From Dehalococcoidia bacterium (lineage in GTDB: Bacteria; Chloroflexota; Dehalococcoidia; Plut-88900): 64,000 nt of DNA. Position numbers and translations under genes: made by a program. The stretch is from NCBI GenBank assembly GCA_965207225.1, contig CBDBLV010000004.1, forward strand, positions 448,001-512,000, given 5' to 3'. The notes beneath the pieces are model-generated. The model worked only from the letters and a program-made list of their open reading frames with translations, was not told the DNA's origin and did no database searches. Numbering within the stretch: the first letter of the stretch is position 1; each line of letters opens with the position of its first letter. This document shows positions 59,515-64,000 of the stretch, piece by piece.

Positions 59515-60587
59515 CCCGACTCCCATCGGGAACCCATCCCCAGGGGCAGGGGTTCCGTTCGTCCTGAGCGGAATCGAAGAGCCTGCCCCGAGTCCCTAGA
59601 GGGGGAGAGGGGGACCAAGGGGGTGAGGGCTCCCTCCCCAGACGGAGGGGCCGCTCATGCTGAGGTCACTCGAAATATGAGCGGGGGGCGGCCCGCGCAT
59701 TGCTCAACTATCGCCTTGCCCTACCACCAACCCGCGCCCCTCCTTTTCCATTCCGATGCCCCGCGAGGAATCTCAAACGCCTTTCACTAAACCCACCCTG
59801 TTCCTTACCTCTCCCATCCTTCCATCGCACCCCCCTTGGTAACGAATTAACAGAAATGCTGCCTAGCAGCATTTCTGATAATTCAATAAAACAGGGCGGG
59901 CGGGTGGGACTCCTATTATTCCCGATGGGTCGGGGAAAGGGTCCTCTCTTTCCTTTCCACCCCCCCGACCCGGGCCTCATCCCTTCCTTCTCCCTCAAAG
60001 TACTGAACTGGAGGCAGCTGTCATTCCGATGCCCCGCGAGGAATCTGGGGCGGGGCGCCTCCATCCCCGGTACTGAGATAGAGGCGGAGGTTGGCGCATC
60101 AAAGCCAGCCTCCGCCTTTGTTCTTCTCTCCCTCCACCGTAGGGGTGCCCCTCGCGGGTACCCTGCCCGCCACCCACGCCAAGACTTGCATCGCCCCAAA
60201 ACCGAGCCATCCCCCTCCTCACCAGTACTGAACTAGAGGCAGGCGTGGGTGCGTTGCACCCACGCCTGCCTCTGCTCTTCTTTCCCCCTCTCCCTTATAG
60301 GCCCTAAGAGCCTGCCCCGTACCCCAATACGGGGGAGAGGGGGACCAAGGGGGAGAGGGTTCCCTTGGGGGGCTGGGGGGTATTCCCCCAAAGCCGTACA
60401 TTTGCTCTTGACACAGCTGTCCGACCGTACTATCATACCCTGCGTCCGATCGAACGCTAACTCACATAAGCAAAGGAGGAACCAAAAACCTAAGGGAAGC
60501 CCCCGAGACCCGACACCGAGGACTCAACACCCTAGCCCATCCCAATACCTCTCCCCTCTCTTGTAGGGGCGACCGGCCAATCGCCCT
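59515..60587 (+). repeat. dense cluster of REP-like and composite palindromic repeats
   Basis: Nested insert 59580, CCGCTCATGCTGA..GAGCGG 59651, CATTCCG repeats 59749/60022, long stems 60068 and 60223, GTAG-hairpins 60139 and 60563. Confidence 0.85.
60408..60436 (+). promoter_or_regulatory. near-consensus sigma70 promoter with no cognate ORF
   Basis: TTGACA-17 bp-TATCAT. Confidence 0.65.
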
Positions 60588-60674
60588 CCCTTCTGAGGCG
60601 GGCAGGTTGCGGCACAAGCGAACAGCGCCATCTCCTCATCTTCACGGGTCCCGTGTCCCTTCCCTACCCATCCA

Positions 60675-60984
60675 GGCGATGGAAGGTCCACAACATTAAC
60701 CGGCACGCTCCTCACAAGGGAGCCCTGCCGAAAAACCTCGGGCTATTACGCCCTTGGAAAAATCTCCCCCGTCGTTCCCCTCGGAGATTCCCTTTAACCC
60801 AGCGACGGCAGCGAGAAAACGTGTTCCCCACCCCTCCGAGTGGGTCGAGCCAAACTGAAAAACTGGTGGTAGAGATGCCCTCTGGCGAGAAGTCCTCGCT
60901 TGTCTGCCATGTGACACAGGAACACGGGGCTGAACCAGGCTGGCCTCCCGCCCCCTGAAACTGAGTCCCGGACCTTCCATCGCC
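60675..60984 (+). ncRNA. candidate structured RNA, family not recognised
   Basis: Perfect 15-bp closing IR, at least 6 internal helices, possible pseudoknot, A-rich linkers, G-U pairs favouring the + strand. Confidence 0.5.
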
Positions 60985-61077
60985 GACCCCCTCCAAAACA
61001 GACAAAACGAAAAAGAAAACCCTACAACTGAATGCGGTCGTGATGTCTCTCATAGCCATCCGAACGAGTACACCGCC

Positions 61078-61106
61078 TTGAACCCGAGCCCCCCATCCCC
61101 GATAAT
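61078..61106 (+). promoter_or_regulatory. putative promoter for the MmgE/PrpD gene
   Basis: TTGAAC-17 bp-GATAAT; GGAGGAGG RBS near 61139. Confidence 0.45.
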
Positions 61107-61152
61107 GCCCCTATCTCGACCCCCTGACGCAACCCTTGGGAGGAGGAACGCT

Positions 61153-62544
61153 ATGAGGGCCACCGACGCCGCGATCGCATTTATCCACAACACCACGCTC
61201 GACGACATGCCGCCCGAGGTGCAACACCTCGGCAAGCGCGCCATTCTCGACACCGTAGGCGTGTCCCTGGCCGCCGCCAGGGACGAGGCCGTAGCCATCC
61301 TATCCGAGACCCTCGCCGGCCGCGGCGGCAACCCCACGGCCACCGTCATCGGCCGCGACCAGCGCGCCGACGCCCTCTCAGCCGCCCTCGTCAACGGCGT
61401 CATGGCCCACGCCCTCGACTATGATGACGTCAACGATTCCTGCATGGGCCACCCCAGCGCCCCCCTCGTCCCCGCCGTTCTCGCCCTCGGCGAAGAGCTC
61501 GGGTCGTCAGGGGCCCAGGTCCTGGAGGCCTTCCTCATAGGCTTTGAGCTCGAATGCAAGCTTGGCCTGGCCATCGGCAACGCACACTACGCCAGGGGCT
61601 GGCACGCCACCGCCACCACCGGCACCATGGCCGCCGCGGCCGCCTGCTCCAAGCTGCTGGCCCTCAACCCCGACCGCATAGGCATGGCCCTCGGCATCGC
61701 CGCCTCTTCATCCGCCGGCATGAGGATCAACTTCGGCACCATGACCAAGCCCTTCCACGTCGGGCAGGCCGCCCGGGCCGGCCTGATGGCGGCCCTTCTC
61801 GCCTCCAACGGCTTCACAGCCTCCGCCGACATCCTTGACCACCCCATCGACTACACTCGCGTCTTCGCCGACAAGGACGAAGCCGACTCCTCCCGCATAG
61901 TTGGCACGTTGGGCAACCCCTGGGACATCGTCTCCCCCGGCCTCGTCGTAAAGAAGTTCCCCTGTTGCAACAGCACCCACCGCACCATCGACGCCACCCT
62001 CGCCCTCGCCCACGAGCACACCCCCTCCCCCGACTCCATCGACAACGTCGTCATCTCCATGCCCCCCGGCGAGGACATCCCCCTCATCTACAGCCGCGCC
62101 ACCACCGGCCTCGAGGGCAAGTTTTGCATGCAGTACTGCGTGGCATCCGCCATCCTGGACCGCAAGGTCACCCTCGACACTTTCCAGCAGGACCACGTCG
62201 ACAGGGAGGAAGTGCAACGCCTCTCAGGCCTGGTCAAGCTCGAATACGATGACACCCAGGAGCCCGTCGTGGTCAACGCTGGCGGCTACATCGACGTCAC
62301 CATCAATATGAAGGACGGCAATTCTTTCACCCGGCGCATCGACAAGGCCCGCGGCACCCCCGAGTACCCCCTCACCGACGAAGAGCTCACCGACAAGTTC
62401 AACTCCTGCGCCGTCAGAACCCTCGACCCCCCCCAGGTCAAACAGGCCGCCTCCCAAATCTTCGCTCTCGATGACCTCTCCGATGTCAGGGATCTGATGG
62501 CCACCATCGCGGCCCCCGCCCTGGCTCCCGCCCGCGGCAGCTGA
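61153..62544 (+). CDS. MmgE/PrpD family protein
   Basis: NGVMAHALDYDD, GHPS, GWHAT, TKPFH.G, KKFPCC. Confidence 0.92.
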   Translation: MRATDAAIAFIHNTTLDDMPPEVQHLGKRAILDTVGVSLAAARDEAVAILSETLAGRGGNPTATVIGRDQRADALSAALVNGVMAHALDYDDVNDSCMGHPSAPLVPAVLALGEELGSSGAQVLEAFLIGFELECKLGLAIGNAHYARGWHATATTGTMAAAAACSKLLALNPDRIGMALGIAASSSAGMRINFGTMTKPFHVGQAARAGLMAALLASNGFTASADILDHPIDYTRVFADKDEADSSRIVGTLGNPWDIVSPGLVVKKFPCCNSTHRTIDATLALAHEHTPSPDSIDNVVISMPPGEDIPLIYSRATTGLEGKFCMQYCVASAILDRKVTLDTFQQDHVDREEVQRLSGLVKLEYDDTQEPVVVNAGGYIDVTINMKDGNSFTRRIDKARGTPEYPLTDEELTDKFNSCAVRTLDPPQVKQAASQIFALDDLSDVRDLMATIAAPALAPARGS

Positions 62545-62639
62545 GGCAGTGCCTCCAACATTAGAATTCCATGCATTCCCGGGCCACAAGGCCCGGTAGC
62601 CACGGGCTAGAATCGGGCCGATTGCCCAGCAGTTGCGTA

Positions 62640-62697
62640 TTGACTACGTACCGCCCGCGTGGTAAATTCTCCTTCACCTGTCCGCACCTTAACAACT
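62640..62697 (+). promoter_or_regulatory. rRNA promoter and boxA-like leader
   Basis: TTGACT-17 bp-TAAATT with extended TG; GCACCTTAACAACT at about 62684. Confidence 0.65.
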
Positions 62698-62740
62698 GAA
62701 TAGTGGAAGGAAGCCAGCAGCTAGGTAAGCAAAAGAAAAC

Positions 62741-64000
<1,260 letters not shown>

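Noticed and set aside
8051-60405. CRISPR array or integron attC interpretation of the repeats
   Set aside because: Copies are dispersed, the variable parts are self-complementary rather than spacers, RYYYAAC/GTTRRRY boxes do not match, and no cas or intI gene is present.
60675-60984. tmRNA, RNase P, SRP or cobalamin riboswitch
   Set aside because: No tRNA-like ends, no GAGGAAAGTCC, no SRP loop, and no convincing B12-box or T-loop. An Rfam search is still needed.
59700-61059. Several short ORFs in the repeat-rich intergenic region
   Set aside because: Low-complexity translations of repeats, with no RBS or domain evidence.

Overview
GC-rich bacterial chromosome segment, most consistent with Dehalococcoidia/SAR202-like Chloroflexota. 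This assignment is an inference from the 16S sequence and the paralog expansion (4 luciferase-like monooxygenases, 3 amidohydrolase_2, 2 CocE/NonD). It carries housekeeping genes (tatC, tatA/B, rpsT, rel, dinB, M1 aminopeptidase), many catabolic enzymes, a RelE/HTH toxin-antitoxin pair, a phage-terminase remnant and the 5' part of a 16S rRNA gene with a roughly 80-nt V1 expansion. The most unusual signals are non-coding. (i) There is a modular, nested family of strand-polarised REP-like palindromes whose long stems keep their length but vary in sequence. (ii) Two apparently identical 1269-bp IS481 copies both inserted into the 7-nt loop of the same repeat hairpin, with 5-bp target duplications. 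(iii) A roughly 310-nt multi-helix, pseudoknot-capable RNA candidate (60675-60984) is closed by a perfect 15-bp helix and lies downstream of an orphan near-consensus promoter. All pairings and alignments were done by eye; no database searches were run.
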